IMG/VR virus record: IMGVR_UViG_3300029288_000059 | Coordinates: 97,237 to 161,236 of that record | Reading direction: 5' to 3' (one strand) | Length of the DNA: 64,000 bases | Origin: a virus | Lineage: Duplodnaviria; Heunggongvirae; Uroviricota; Caudoviricetes | Shown: piece after piece, positions 19,601-29,238 of the stretch | How positions within the stretch are numbered: position 1 is the first letter of the stretch | Layout of the letters: each line of letters opens with the position of its first letter | Notes under the pieces: model-generated | Database searches by the model: none | Told to the model about the DNA's origin: nothing | Seen by the model: only the letters and a program-made list of their open reading frames with translations | Made by a program: the position numbers and the translations under genes

Positions 19601-21637
19601 ACTAGTAATAGTATCTATATCGACGGAATACGTATAACTAACGGTATCCGTTATACAACCACATTTACCCCCCCTGTTGATTTAACAATATATGATGAAT
19701 TTACATATCAAACTGTATTATTACTAGATGCTGAACAACAAGCCGCTGGACGTAATATAGAAGACCACTCACCCGAACCATTACGGATTAATAATATGGT
19801 ATCTATTAATCAACTTGTGTTAATACCTAACACAAATGGTAATACTGAATGCATCCATTTAGGTCAAAACCATAATATTCAGATAACTAATAATATAGCG
19901 GATTTTAACCTTACTACCTTTACATTAGATTTTTATACTAGAATTATAAACAATGTTTTTTATAATGGGTATATCCATATCGGTACAACGGCAACTGATG
20001 GTACTGAATGGTTCGTAGAAGTACAACCGAATTATATCTATATATATACGGGTACCCAGACATTTTTATATCCAACAATACAGTTCGCTGATATGAATTG
20101 GCATCATATAGCGTTTAGTTCGGATGGTAGTAATTTATATCTTTTTGTTGATGGTAAGTTATTATCTACTTATAGTATAACGAGTGCTGATTTTGTTAAC
20201 CCATCTTATGGATTACAAATATATAAAAGTGGTGGATACCATGGTTCAAATGAATTAGGTGAATTACGCCTGTCTAATGTATGTAGATATACAAGTGATT
20301 TTACAATCCCTACATCAAGTGATTATTTATCAGCTAATGATACACAATGGGCATCGGTATTATTATTAACGGGTGCTGGTAATGTTACATCAACAACATG
20401 GACTGATGCAACATCTCGACATAGTATTACAGGTACTGGATTCGTAGTATCACCTATTAATAGCGTTATTGCCCCAACAAGTCGTATTAAAACTCTTAAT
20501 ATTATAGGTGGTACTGATATAACTTCGTTTTGGGATTATCAACATATATTCTCTTCAACTTCTAAAAATTATTATGATGAATCGTTCATGTTTGGGTTGG
20601 TAAATGGTAGAGAATATACTCTTGAATTTAACGTGTATATCCCATCGGGTACAGGTAGTTGCTATATCTTATATCAAGGCAGTGTACAATGTCTTAATAT
20701 TCAATTTGATGGTACTAATTTAGTATTAACTTCCAATGGTGGAATACCTATTACTACTGATGTATGGCATCACGTCGCTGTTACTGGCGGCGTAAATGAA
20801 AATGTATGGATTGATGGTATATTAGTGTCTAGTATGGCCAAGAATGGCAATGCGTATGTTGATGGGGAATCATTAACTATTGGTCACCCTTGGATTTATA
20901 TGGATAATGTAAGATTTACATACGATGTTAATCGTTATACATCAACCTTTACACCCCCAACAACATTAGGTACTAATGTTACTGATGATATATATTACAA
21001 TAAAGTTAATCTGTTATTAACCGACTTACAAGATAGTGTCAAGTATGTATCTGAATCAAACATTAACTCACATGATGTTATTTTACAAGGTACTTCTACT
21101 ATTGATACTAATATAACAAAGTTTGGTACTGGTAGTTTATTATTAGCGAATCCAACAGATGGTATCACTGATGCATGGGCTATTATTCCAGTAACTAAGA
21201 ATGATAATCATACATTCTCACTACATAATACATGGACAATTGAAATGTGGGTATATCCATTAACTATTAAAAATTGTACAGTATTATCAGTCAGTCCTGA
21301 TTGGTCTATAAAATTATCAAATTCGGAATTAGTATTGGATGCGGAAGAAAGCCAATATGCATTATCAATATATCCAAACATTAATGAATGGACTCATATA
21401 GCAGTTACATATGATGGTACGATATTAAGATGGTTTATGAATGGTGCTTTATCAATCTCATTGGTTGATACGATTGGTACGATTACCACAACGAATAACT
21501 TAGTTATTGGTTGTTCATTAGATAATACGTCTGTGGACGCTTTTAATGGGCATATAGAGGGGTTGCGTATCACTAGTAGTTGTTTGTACACTACTACATT
21601 CACACCCCCTACAACCTCAAATTATGGCTATGTATAA
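16661..21637 (+). CDS. Large tail fibre/adhesin with cadherin-like Ig repeats and several LamG/ConA-like domains
   Basis: NHAP..EDT...YTP..NYNG.D repeats; repeated YTIEFW...WHHIA...DG...RIT...RYT..FTPP. Confidence 0.8.
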   Translation: MTGVTYTSLSIGKDGPNILNGTGIPNSSIGINGDVYVRKDTTDIYRKISGTWSPVSSSGSVVGSESFATNVSVGNLVYYNSTTKQYELADALIGCNGVRGINNNVLSFSDVFDTGTTTLSVGTVYYVGSSVNNEQGGYTTNDTGLILGTAITTSSIILEVGLPFAVTSELVNTNRSKVMNPQNTFQAIDLYMIQEFMNKANLWESSRRMPNTLTSVNGVVDVDFNNTNYYLTTTENSIFANPSNTILTNNVGKRGIITVKQESTPYTVDFKNKWTVADGVDITHTSNAKDLIDYYINNDNQIDCNIIKNVIARSAIITVNHAPTITSPSSILTSEDTPYTLSNVSFDDSLDTQELVASTVTLSCTHGTFTVTDSNVTITNNGTSNVTVTGMIAQLNTAMGNTVYTPVLNYNGNDSLSVSINDNNNGGGVSAQITSTNIDITISAVWDGSSWGLTAINTNVNTPVIVDTFINQIVKNVSTEVWKWEFTVPTTSITIGGTRVGDVWVVLDSELSTSSITFTEAVPTQAGLLLNFYDDTELYLSNNWHFTVLSNVTYTNHAPILSAPSSFTMNEDTVYNFSNISISDSEDLHEIANTTITFTCSNGTLISNSTDGTHTITLSGAGTSTFSMIGRIVDLNALLTTLTYTPTSNYNGSDTISISVSDGGNGSETAGTNVLTTSGSIDVTISNVLDAPVLTVSDIYVTPNTTTPFPITVTDIDSSAVLTVEISGLGTTYTLNYGTYNSGTDVWSLSYADLTGLTVTSPVTEGTISPVITAFATLGVDVASSSNSITIYNASILTVDNNTLILAPLTTSNQYLVDSSLRNRLFTMSQPLSTDHVFNSTKSINGECTIRKRISNPDRFNFENGYTIEFWHNYEAPTTTFNPNTYQLIKLTSDDTSYIKLSCVSGDMRWDFYDTVIGIQSGQVGSAMSVGWHHIALVYVGTINIGNDCVLYIDGTSVATIPIARSPSNYNSYIEVGEINTSNSIYIDGIRITNGIRYTTTFTPPVDLTIYDEFTYQTVLLLDAEQQAAGRNIEDHSPEPLRINNMVSINQLVLIPNTNGNTECIHLGQNHNIQITNNIADFNLTTFTLDFYTRIINNVFYNGYIHIGTTATDGTEWFVEVQPNYIYIYTGTQTFLYPTIQFADMNWHHIAFSSDGSNLYLFVDGKLLSTYSITSADFVNPSYGLQIYKSGGYHGSNELGELRLSNVCRYTSDFTIPTSSDYLSANDTQWASVLLLTGAGNVTSTTWTDATSRHSITGTGFVVSPINSVIAPTSRIKTLNIIGGTDITSFWDYQHIFSSTSKNYYDESFMFGLVNGREYTLEFNVYIPSGTGSCYILYQGSVQCLNIQFDGTNLVLTSNGGIPITTDVWHHVAVTGGVNENVWIDGILVSSMAKNGNAYVDGESLTIGHPWIYMDNVRFTYDVNRYTSTFTPPTTLGTNVTDDIYYNKVNLLLTDLQDSVKYVSESNINSHDVILQGTSTIDTNITKFGTGSLLLANPTDGITDAWAIIPVTKNDNHTFSLHNTWTIEMWVYPLTIKNCTVLSVSPDWSIKLSNSELVLDAEESQYALSIYPNINEWTHIAVTYDGTILRWFMNGALSISLVDTIGTITTTNNLVIGCSLDNTSVDAFNGHIEGLRITSSCLYTTTFTPPTTSNYGYV

Positions 21638-21648
21638 GGATAGAATAT

Positions 21649-23895
21649 ATGTCAGCAATTTCATTTATAATTAAAAAACAGAATAGTACTCCCGTGTTTC
21701 GTAACCTATTGTTATCATCAAGTGGATTGGTGGGTTGTGTTCAGTTATTAGCAGCAGGATGTGATGTTAATGATACGTATGTCACTAATGGGTTAGGACT
21801 AATTGATAACGGACCATTAACTCATATATTTTATTCACAAGATGAATTGACGTGTTTAGATAGTACCAACACTCGTTATAATAGTTCTAGTATATCATTA
21901 GATAAACCATTAATTGCGACATCTCAGTATATGAATAGTATTAATCAGTTTGATTTTAGTTCAAACATATATACGATTGAATTTTGGTATTACACTACTT
22001 CTATAACCACGTATAAAACATTATGTCGTATGGAATCACGTACTATTGAACTAAATAAATGGAGTTCCGCGATTGGTTATATACAAACAGAGGCGGGTAA
22101 GATACAAATAACAAACTTCGATACTCATATCTTTACATTTGAGGAAACTTTAAATGTTAATACATGGTATCATGTCGCATTCGTTGCCGATGGTACTAAT
22201 ATAAATCTATATCTAAATGGGGTTAAATCATCTACTAGTGCCGATTGTACAATGTATAATCAAGTTGGTCCATATACTTCGAGTTTTAGTAATTATGATT
22301 TTGAAGTTGAAATGTTATCCGGGTGTGTTAGTGGTAAACCTCGTATTACTAAAGAAGTAAGTAGATATACTTCTAATTTTACACCACTGGCATATGGTAC
22401 GGATGGTTCGTGGAGTCTAAGTCAATTAAATGACCCATATTGGAAAGATGTTGTTTTTTATATTAATGAAGATATATCCCCATTAGGTGACTATAGAGTG
22501 GTATGGGATTCGAGTATGAGTCCTAATCGAATTAACACTTATGGTTCAAGTTCAGGTAATCATAGAATATTATTAGCATCAAATTACTCATTAACAATAA
22601 TGAATCATATACATTTAAATTATAGATATTTTCTAAAATCTAATATACATACATCTACAAATTTAAATTGGTATCCACAAGAACCATTCCCACAATTATC
22701 ACAGGGTAGAATTTATACATTAGAATATCAAATTTATATTCCTGATACGGTTACGGTATGGACTCCAATTATTGGTACATTAAAAGGACCACAAATTGGT
22801 ATGTGGTTAACTACTGATAAACATATTTGTTTTGGTACTTTAAAATTAGATACTAGTTTATATGATTACAATGTGGGACATTGGGTGGGTACATATCCAC
22901 CTACCCAATTAGTTGATACGTTGTCATTAACATCACCTATTACCACTGGTTGGCACCATATTGCAGTCGTATATGATGGTGGTGCTAATACCGTTATGTA
23001 TATTGATGGCATTACATCCAGTACTATGGCTTCACAGACATTGAGTGTAGATACTACTCAAAATGGATTTGGTATATTAATTGGGGCGGATAGTTCTAAT
23101 GTATTATTAGACGATTTAAGATTAACATTAGAAGTAGCACGATATACAACAGATTTCACCCCACCTAATAGTTCTCTACCAATCGGTTCTAGTGATACAT
23201 ATTGGGATAATGTATGGATTTTATTACAAGGTGGTGATACAGAACGACAATATGTACCATCACGTATTGGTAAGAATATTGTATTACATGGTAATACTCA
23301 AGTATTAACTACTCCAGTTGCCGTTACTGATACAAAAACAACTCCTAAGGGTTCAACTTTGTTCTTTGATAATCCAACTAAAGGTGAGACTGAGTCATGG
23401 GCTACCGTTGCCTGTGAAATGTATAATCCATATACTTGGTCGATAACAGATACTGGGTTTACTGCCGAGTTATGGGTTAATACAAAGGATAGTAGGACTG
23501 CAAAATTAGTATCTACTCGTAGTAGTGATGAATCAGGTTGGGAAGTATGGCTAAACGGTTTGGAGATTAGAGTTCAAATACATGGTGTTGGAGTTTTTAA
23601 TACATCAACTGCTTTAACGATTAATACGTGGTATCATATAGCGTTTACATACGACCCTACGTCCCATTCTATAAAAATATTCATTAATGGGGTGCTTGAA
23701 TCAACATCTACTAGTGTGTCACCAACTAATGGTATGAAATGGCGAGTATTGGATATTGGGGCTCCAATGAATGGTCCATTTCCTACTACTGAATCGTTTA
23801 ATGGGTATATTCAAGACCTACGTATTACTAATAAATGTCTCTATACTGAAGATTTTATACCGCGTACAACAACGTTTGGTTTAACCACTTATTAG
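21649..23895 (+). CDS. LamG/ConA-like multi-domain virion protein (start MSAISF)
   Basis: Three WYHVA/WHHIA/WYHIA LamG repeats; AAGGA RBS. Confidence 0.75.
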   Translation: MSAISFIIKKQNSTPVFRNLLLSSSGLVGCVQLLAAGCDVNDTYVTNGLGLIDNGPLTHIFYSQDELTCLDSTNTRYNSSSISLDKPLIATSQYMNSINQFDFSSNIYTIEFWYYTTSITTYKTLCRMESRTIELNKWSSAIGYIQTEAGKIQITNFDTHIFTFEETLNVNTWYHVAFVADGTNINLYLNGVKSSTSADCTMYNQVGPYTSSFSNYDFEVEMLSGCVSGKPRITKEVSRYTSNFTPLAYGTDGSWSLSQLNDPYWKDVVFYINEDISPLGDYRVVWDSSMSPNRINTYGSSSGNHRILLASNYSLTIMNHIHLNYRYFLKSNIHTSTNLNWYPQEPFPQLSQGRIYTLEYQIYIPDTVTVWTPIIGTLKGPQIGMWLTTDKHICFGTLKLDTSLYDYNVGHWVGTYPPTQLVDTLSLTSPITTGWHHIAVVYDGGANTVMYIDGITSSTMASQTLSVDTTQNGFGILIGADSSNVLLDDLRLTLEVARYTTDFTPPNSSLPIGSSDTYWDNVWILLQGGDTERQYVPSRIGKNIVLHGNTQVLTTPVAVTDTKTTPKGSTLFFDNPTKGETESWATVACEMYNPYTWSITDTGFTAELWVNTKDSRTAKLVSTRSSDESGWEVWLNGLEIRVQIHGVGVFNTSTALTINTWYHIAFTYDPTSHSIKIFINGVLESTSTSVSPTNGMKWRVLDIGAPMNGPFPTTESFNGYIQDLRITNKCLYTEDFIPRTTTFGLTTY

Positions 23896-23942
23896 TATAA
23901 ATATGTATAATGTTGACTGTAATTGGATAAGGATTAAAATAT

Positions 23943-24659
23943 ATGACTATTGATATTACTAGTATAGTAAAGATAATTCAAAAAGGTACAGAATCATTCC
24001 CAACAGGGGCAATTGTTGTTGATGATGGTGATATCGTATTTAAGATGATTGGTGATATAAATTATGTCGCTCCTGGAGTAACATTATCTTATTCAGATAT
24101 ACCACCAATATTGAGTGAGGAATTAAGTCCAAATGGTAATAAGAGTTTATTTTTTAATAATGTTGTTGGTTACCCATACTCAGAACCCCCTTACCCACAT
24201 TTAAGTGTGGATGTATCCTCAGTCTTCACTGAGAATAGTGCATTAGAAGAGTATACATTTGAATTGTATTTTAAACCCTCAGAGCAGAGAACTGGGAAAA
24301 TACTATCTACTCGTTCATGGACACGAGGGTTTGAATTGGGTTCATGGGATGCGAATTTAGGTATGGAGTCATTTAGTATTTATCAACATACTAGTATGTC
24401 GTGTGTTGCGTATTCCGCACAAAACTGGTATCATTTAGTTTATCAACAGAAAAAAGTTGGAATAGATTACATTTCAACATTTGCCATAAATGGTACAGTA
24501 TATCTATCGTCCGACCCAGAGTTCACTCCTTATGGAAAACTAAATCCTTGGGGACAGTTTGTAGACTTCGGTAATCCGTATCATGCCGATTTTAGAGAAC
24601 CTATACGTGGATATATCGCAGATATTGGAATTTATAAAACCGCAAAATATTCTTATTAG
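23943..24659 (+). CDS. Single LamG-like domain protein
   Basis: YTFELYF, WYHLVY, GYIADIGIY; TATAAATA at 23896. Confidence 0.65.
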   Translation: MTIDITSIVKIIQKGTESFPTGAIVVDDGDIVFKMIGDINYVAPGVTLSYSDIPPILSEELSPNGNKSLFFNNVVGYPYSEPPYPHLSVDVSSVFTENSALEEYTFELYFKPSEQRTGKILSTRSWTRGFELGSWDANLGMESFSIYQHTSMSCVAYSAQNWYHLVYQQKKVGIDYISTFAINGTVYLSSDPEFTPYGKLNPWGQFVDFGNPYHADFREPIRGYIADIGIYKTAKYSY

Positions 24660-24720
24660 GGTGGTTGTTATGTGCTTCCTATTCAAAATATAAATACTAT
24701 ATGATGGATAGGAGGTTGTT

Positions 24721-24939
24721 ATGAATAATCTAATAGTCTTTTTAATAATTATATTAGCATTTGTTGGTGCATTTAAGATAGAATCTACTATTAATGACGT
24801 TGTGGTTATTCCACAGGAACAAGTAGATAGAGAAATTAATAAAATATATAACGATTGTTTAAAACATCATACTATTATTAATAAAGTTGTCAATGATGAT
24901 TGTAAAAAGATTGCAATTAATAACGCACAACATAAATGA
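24721..24939 (+). CDS. Small membrane-anchored hypothetical protein
   Basis: Hydrophobic N-terminus; GGAGG RBS. Confidence 0.55.
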   Translation: MNNLIVFLIIILAFVGAFKIESTINDVVVIPQEQVDREINKIYNDCLKHHTIINKVVNDDCKKIAINNAQHK

Positions 24940-25023
24940 AATAGATTAATTTTCTAAACAATTGACTAATGGTTAATTTCCTGTTATTTTTAAAACTAGT
25001 TTAAAATTACAGGAGTTAATATT

Positions 25024-25281
25024 ATGAATCTTACAGTTAAGGAAATACTCGAACTTTCACCTTCTAATATTAATAAACTCAAATTTGAGTTATTAAAAGT
25101 TAACATAACTAACAAGTTAAAGAATACATTAGATGATGTTGAGTTGAATGGAGTCACTATTGAAACTATTAATCAACTTAACGATGAGTTACCAATCATC
25201 GAAGCATTAGAAATCTTGTTGGGTTTAACAGAACAACAAACAAATGAAAAATTAGTACGATTAGATGATCTAGCTAGTTGA
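25024..25281 (+). CDS. Hypothetical protein
   Basis: AGGAG RBS; upstream TTGAC promoter. Confidence 0.55.
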   Translation: MNLTVKEILELSPSNINKLKFELLKVNITNKLKNTLDDVELNGVTIETINQLNDELPIIEALEILLGLTEQQTNEKLVRLDDLAS

Positions 25282-25427
25282 CAATGAATCGTCCTTATGT
25301 TATATTTAAATTATAAATTAAACATAAGGACGAAATTCAATGTTTAAATTAAAGTGTCAATTAACTGTCATACTCCCGGTCCATATTGTCATTCATAAGT
25401 ATGTATTAAAAACAGCGATGAAAGGGT

Positions 25428-25643
25428 ATGGCTATGTCAGAAAATAAAGAAATTAAGGAATTTGATGAAACTATATTTCATGTCGGCCCATGCCATAATA
25501 CGAATATGGAAGCATTGCATTATGAGTTATCACGGGATTCATTAGTTGATTCTTTGTCTTATTGGCTAGATGATGAAGGTAATGAAAATCTAGCCAACCA
25601 TGATTTGGACGAACAAGACCCTGATGGTGATTATAATGAGTAA
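25428..25643 (+). CDS. Acidic hypothetical protein
   Basis: Open frame, D/E-rich. Confidence 0.45.
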   Translation: MAMSENKEIKEFDETIFHVGPCHNTNMEALHYELSRDSLVDSLSYWLDDEGNENLANHDLDEQDPDGDYNE

Positions 25644-25719
25644 GAAATACGTGATATTATTTGACATTAATAATTAATTGTTATAATATAATTATAGTAG
25701 GTTATAATTTAGGAACACA

Positions 25720-26190
25720 ATGATGAAAAAAGCATATATCATGATTGGATTACCAGGTAGTGGTAAATCCACTTGGATAAACGATAATGCTAGTTGTGCT
25801 AAAGTGTTAAGCACTGATAATATCATTGACTCCTATTGTCGTCAAAATAACATTACTTATAATGAAGGGTTCAAACGTTTTATTAAACTTGCTACTAATC
25901 AGTTCAATAACGAATTATCTAATATTAATAATTATAAGGGTGATATTGTTATTGACCAAACAAATCTAACTAAGAAATCACGGGCTTATAAATTAAAGAA
26001 ATTATCTTCATTCAAGAAGATAGCAGTTGTTTGTAAACTTGATAGTGATGAGTTGCAACGCAGATTAGATAATCGTTCAATTCAAGATGGTAAGACAATA
26101 CCATCAAATATTATATCAAGTATGATACTTTCTTATGAACAACCAACACTAGATGAGTTTGATGAAATTATATATGTGAATGGAAAGTGA
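25720..26190 (+). CDS. P-loop kinase (AAA_33 / polynucleotide kinase-like)
   Basis: MIGLPGSGKST, LSTD, VIDQTNLTKKSR. Confidence 0.85.
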   Translation: MMKKAYIMIGLPGSGKSTWINDNASCAKVLSTDNIIDSYCRQNNITYNEGFKRFIKLATNQFNNELSNINNYKGDIVIDQTNLTKKSRAYKLKKLSSFKKIAVVCKLDSDELQRRLDNRSIQDGKTIPSNIISSMILSYEQPTLDEFDEIIYVNGK

Positions 26191-26617
26191 TATGATTGAA
26201 ATCCATACAGATGGTGCTTGTAGTGGTAATCCAGGACCGGGTGGTTGGGGTGCTATTATTGTTTATCCAACTGAAAAAGTTGAATTAAAAGGTGGTGAAC
26301 CACATACTACCAATCAACGAATGGAGTTAATGGGTGTTATTAAGTCATTAGAGACAATTACTGAACCAAATGACATTATAATCCATACGGATTCACAATA
26401 TGTCCAAAAAGGATTTATGGAATGGTTATCTAATTGGATTAAGAATGGTTGGGTTAATAGTAATAAGAAACCAGTCGCTAATAAGGACTTATGGTTAGCA
26501 TTAATTAACGCTAGTAAAATTCATCATGTTAAGATTGTATGGGTTAAGGGACATAACGGTAATGAGATGAATGAACGAGTTAATACTTTAGCTCAACATG
26601 AGAGTAAGCATAATTAG
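26180..26617 (+). CDS. rnhA: Ribonuclease HI
   Basis: TDGACSGNPGPGGW, TTNQRMEL, TDSQY, NKDLW, WVKGHNG..NE. Confidence 0.95.
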   Translation: MESDMIEIHTDGACSGNPGPGGWGAIIVYPTEKVELKGGEPHTTNQRMELMGVIKSLETITEPNDIIIHTDSQYVQKGFMEWLSNWIKNGWVNSNKKPVANKDLWLALINASKIHHVKIVWVKGHNGNEMNERVNTLAQHESKHN

Positions 26618-27051
26618 TTCCTGTATATTACCATTTCCATTTCCTTTTCATTTTTTATTATGTATGATGTTTCATTGAATTGTGATGAGAATATTTTACG
26701 ATATTCTCTATATTTTGGTGAGAACCATATATTATAACGTGGAATGATATATCTATACCAAACATAGTCTAAAACGTTATTAGCATCGTATGATAGTTCA
26801 TTCGGTTCTGTTATCTCAATAATCCCATTAGTTTTCAATATTCGTTTAAATTCTAGTACCAACGCCCCTAAGTCTTGCACGTGATGAATTACGTTTTGGC
26901 ATTTGATACAATCGACAGATGAATCGTTTATTCCAATAATTCTATTTTGTTCTATGTCATAAAGATAATCAAGTGTGAACGTCGGTTCAATATCACAGGT
27001 GAAATATCCATCTGTTGGTGAATAGCCGGAGCCAAAATCTAACTTAAACAT
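26614..27051 (-). CDS. Class I SAM-dependent methyltransferase (Methyltransf_11-like)
   Basis: LDFGSG motif I, VIHHV, EFKRILKTNG. Confidence 0.8.
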   Translation of the reverse strand: MFKLDFGSGYSPTDGYFTCDIEPTFTLDYLYDIEQNRIIGINDSSVDCIKCQNVIHHVQDLGALVLEFKRILKTNGIIEITEPNELSYDANNVLDYVWYRYIIPRYNIWFSPKYREYRKIFSSQFNETSYIIKNEKEMEMVIYRN

Positions 27052-27758
27052 AGATGACCCTTCCCGTTAATAACATCATTAAACTCTAATGTGCTTGTAC
27101 TATTGGGCAGAATAATAAGGTTGTCATGTGTATTATCGTGGTGGAATGACCAAAAATTAAAATTATTACGAGTAAGAGTGAATACATTGTAGTTTTGATG
27201 TTGTTCTATACTATATGGTTCATCTATTATTTTTGAGAATATAGAAGTCTCTATTGGAATATCTTTCATATCTTCACAAAACGTTAATCCTATATTATTA
27301 GAACTAGCATATTTTATAATATCATAGTATGTACTGAAATTGCCAATTCTTGACATAAAAACATTTAATCGTACATTACAATGATTTTGTAACTCTTTAA
27401 TTTTAAAAAGAATATTATGGTTTTTGAAGTTTGGCATACTTATATTAATATTTGTAATACCGGCATTAATACAATCATTGTAAAATGAAATATCACCTTT
27501 GCCATTAGTCGTAAGGTTGTATTGTTGTGCTTTATTTAATGGTATAATTGTATTTAATAGTTCAATGGTTTTGGTGGGATAATCGGACAACTCACCACCC
27601 ATGAATGTCATATACTCTACATCAGGAACATTACTTAGTGCCAATAAGGCATTAGAAGGGGTTAAGAATACCCCTTCTTTATGTTTTTGATAACAGAATG
27701 GACAATTAGAATTACATTTGTATGTTCCAATTATCCTTATACCTGTTATATTAGCCAT
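27039..27758 (-). CDS. Radical SAM enzyme (start MANITG)
   Basis: CNSNCPFC cluster motif, FMGGE, LTTNG, INIS; ATG overlaps the stop of the upstream 46-aa ORF. Confidence 0.85.
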   Translation of the reverse strand: MANITGIRIIGTYKCNSNCPFCYQKHKEGVFLTPSNALLALSNVPDVEYMTFMGGELSDYPTKTIELLNTIIPLNKAQQYNLTTNGKGDISFYNDCINAGITNINISMPNFKNHNILFKIKELQNHCNVRLNVFMSRIGNFSTYYDIIKYASSNNIGLTFCEDMKDIPIETSIFSKIIDEPYSIEQHQNYNVFTLTRNNFNFWSFHHDNTHDNLIILPNSTSTLEFNDVINGKGHLCLS

Positions 27759-27891
27759 CGCTGTCTTCATCATGAATAAGTGACATTTGCCCACACGCTG
27801 CATTAGCTTGTATTTCTGCTTCGGTTGCAATGGCAATAGCACAATCAAATCCAACATCTTCAACGGTTTTAAGTAATTCTTCTTTAGTCAT
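27751..27891 (-). CDS. 46-aa ORF MTKEELLKTVEDVGFDCAIAIATEAEIQANAACGQMSLIHDEDSDG, resembling the RlmN/Cfr C-terminal catalytic segment
   Basis: Translated by hand; AAGGAG RBS; NAACGQM matches the RlmN/Cfr DIxAACGQL motif; below the ORF-track length cutoff. Confidence 0.8.
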   Translation of the reverse strand: MTKEELLKTVEDVGFDCAIAIATEAEIQANAACGQMSLIHDEDSDG

Positions 27892-27903
27892 TTATATTAC
27901 TCC

Positions 27904-28767
27904 TTATATGTTGTTCTTATAATGGAACAACGTTTTAATCCCCGATTCGTCCGAACTAACGTTTTCATTAATTGGGGATATCTTAATGAAGACTGTATCT
28001 TTATCGAACTGAGTAAGTAAGTCACTTGGTACAAACGGGGTATTTTCCGATAGTGCAAAGTTTAAAGTTACTTTCCATGGTCGATTAGGAATACTATTGT
28101 AATAGTATTTGATAAGTTCACCAAGTTCTTTATTATCAATTACTAATTTATTTTGAAGCCATTTACGATAACTATTATCTGAGCTATGGATTGAAAACTG
28201 TAACTCGAGCCAATCTTTACCGTATATTAGTTCCAACTTCATTAACTTATTAACGAGTTTATACGATTGACTTATACCAATGGTCGATATTTGAATTCTT
28301 GCCATTGGGTACTTATCTTTAATTAATCTAATACCGTCAATGACGTTATCGATATTTAGACTTGGTTCGCCCATACGAGTAAAGAGTACTCTGAATATTT
28401 CAGAATCATTAGGTGATTTAACCTTATTAGTAATAGTCAAAGTATGTTTAATGGCCATTTCAACTTGGTCAAATATTTCCTGACTAGTTAAGTTTCTAAA
28501 TCCTTGTTTTTCTGTTAGTTTATTAACGGCACAGAATTTACATTTTATTGGACAACCACTTTGAGTGGAAACGCCAATGCACCATTTTTCATTCCATAAA
28601 TCCATATCTTTAAGATTTATATCTGTCGCATTGTTTTGTTTGCCGGTTATTCGTATTTCGGTACTTTTTGGTAAACAGGTCGAAGTTGTTTCAATCTTCA
28701 TATTATCATGTAACAATACAACCCCTACCCAACCGTTTGTAAATTTTCTAATCTTTGATAATTTCAT
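27904..28767 (-). CDS. RlmN/Cfr-like radical SAM enzyme lacking the C-terminal AACGQL segment
   Basis: VSTQSGCPIKCKFCA, RNLTSQEIFDQV, RMGEP, ISTIG, FSIHS, ISPIN. Confidence 0.85.
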   Translation of the reverse strand: MKLSKIRKFTNGWVGVVLLHDNMKIETTSTCLPKSTEIRITGKQNNATDINLKDMDLWNEKWCIGVSTQSGCPIKCKFCAVNKLTEKQGFRNLTSQEIFDQVEMAIKHTLTITNKVKSPNDSEIFRVLFTRMGEPSLNIDNVIDGIRLIKDKYPMARIQISTIGISQSYKLVNKLMKLELIYGKDWLELQFSIHSSDNSYRKWLQNKLVIDNKELGELIKYYYNSIPNRPWKVTLNFALSENTPFVPSDLLTQFDKDTVFIKISPINENVSSDESGIKTLFHYKNNI

Positions 28768-28779
28768 GATAGAAAATCC

Positions 28780-29025
28780 TTATAATGAATACATTAATGT
28801 TTGTAATTGTTTTTTAAGTTGGGCGGTACATTTGACTTCTTCGAGTTCTACTAAAAAGCCATAAGTAAATGACCAAACTTTACAATCACATCCGCTTGCG
28901 TTGATTTGACCAATAAACATAACGGTACTATGTTTAACTACATAATAGTAACCGTCACATTTAAAGATACCATCTTTCTTAGTTTTAGCGTTCTCTATTA
29001 ACTTTTGTAATATATCTCTTTTCAT
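28780..29025 (-). CDS. Hypothetical early protein
   Basis: GAGG RBS and early promoter cassette 29025-29083. Confidence 0.6.
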   Translation of the reverse strand: MKRDILQKLIENAKTKKDGIFKCDGYYYVVKHSTVMFIGQINASGCDCKVWSFTYGFLVELEEVKCTAQLKKQLQTLMYSL

Positions 29026-29066
29026 AACTACCTCTATATGTTAATTTATAACTTTAATATAACATA
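29025..29066 (-). repeat. 42-bp promoter/RBS cassette, also at ~29992-30033
   Basis: TAACTACCTCTATATGTTAATTTATAACTTTAATATAACATA present at both loci. Confidence 0.85.
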
Positions 29067-29238
29067 AAACATACATACTGTCAAATGAAATAGTCATTAT
29101 TATGATTCACGAATGGCTATTTGATTGTCGAAACTTTTTCAATATTCAATAGAAAATTCAAATGCTTTATTTTTAGATACAATTACCATTTCAAAATCGT
29201 CCATAAATAATAAGATTTTTTTACGTTATTAAACTGGT

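Noticed and set aside
27759-27863. N-terminal extension of the track ORF 27039..27863
   Set aside because: It overlaps the 46-aa ORF, which has a strong RBS and a recognisable motif; the radical SAM domain begins at MANITG (27758)
27892-27906. Stop-codon readthrough or genetic-code reassignment joining the RlmN-like halves
   Set aside because: Two in-frame TAA codons with an RBS between them; TAA, TAG and TGA all act as normal stops elsewhere in the window
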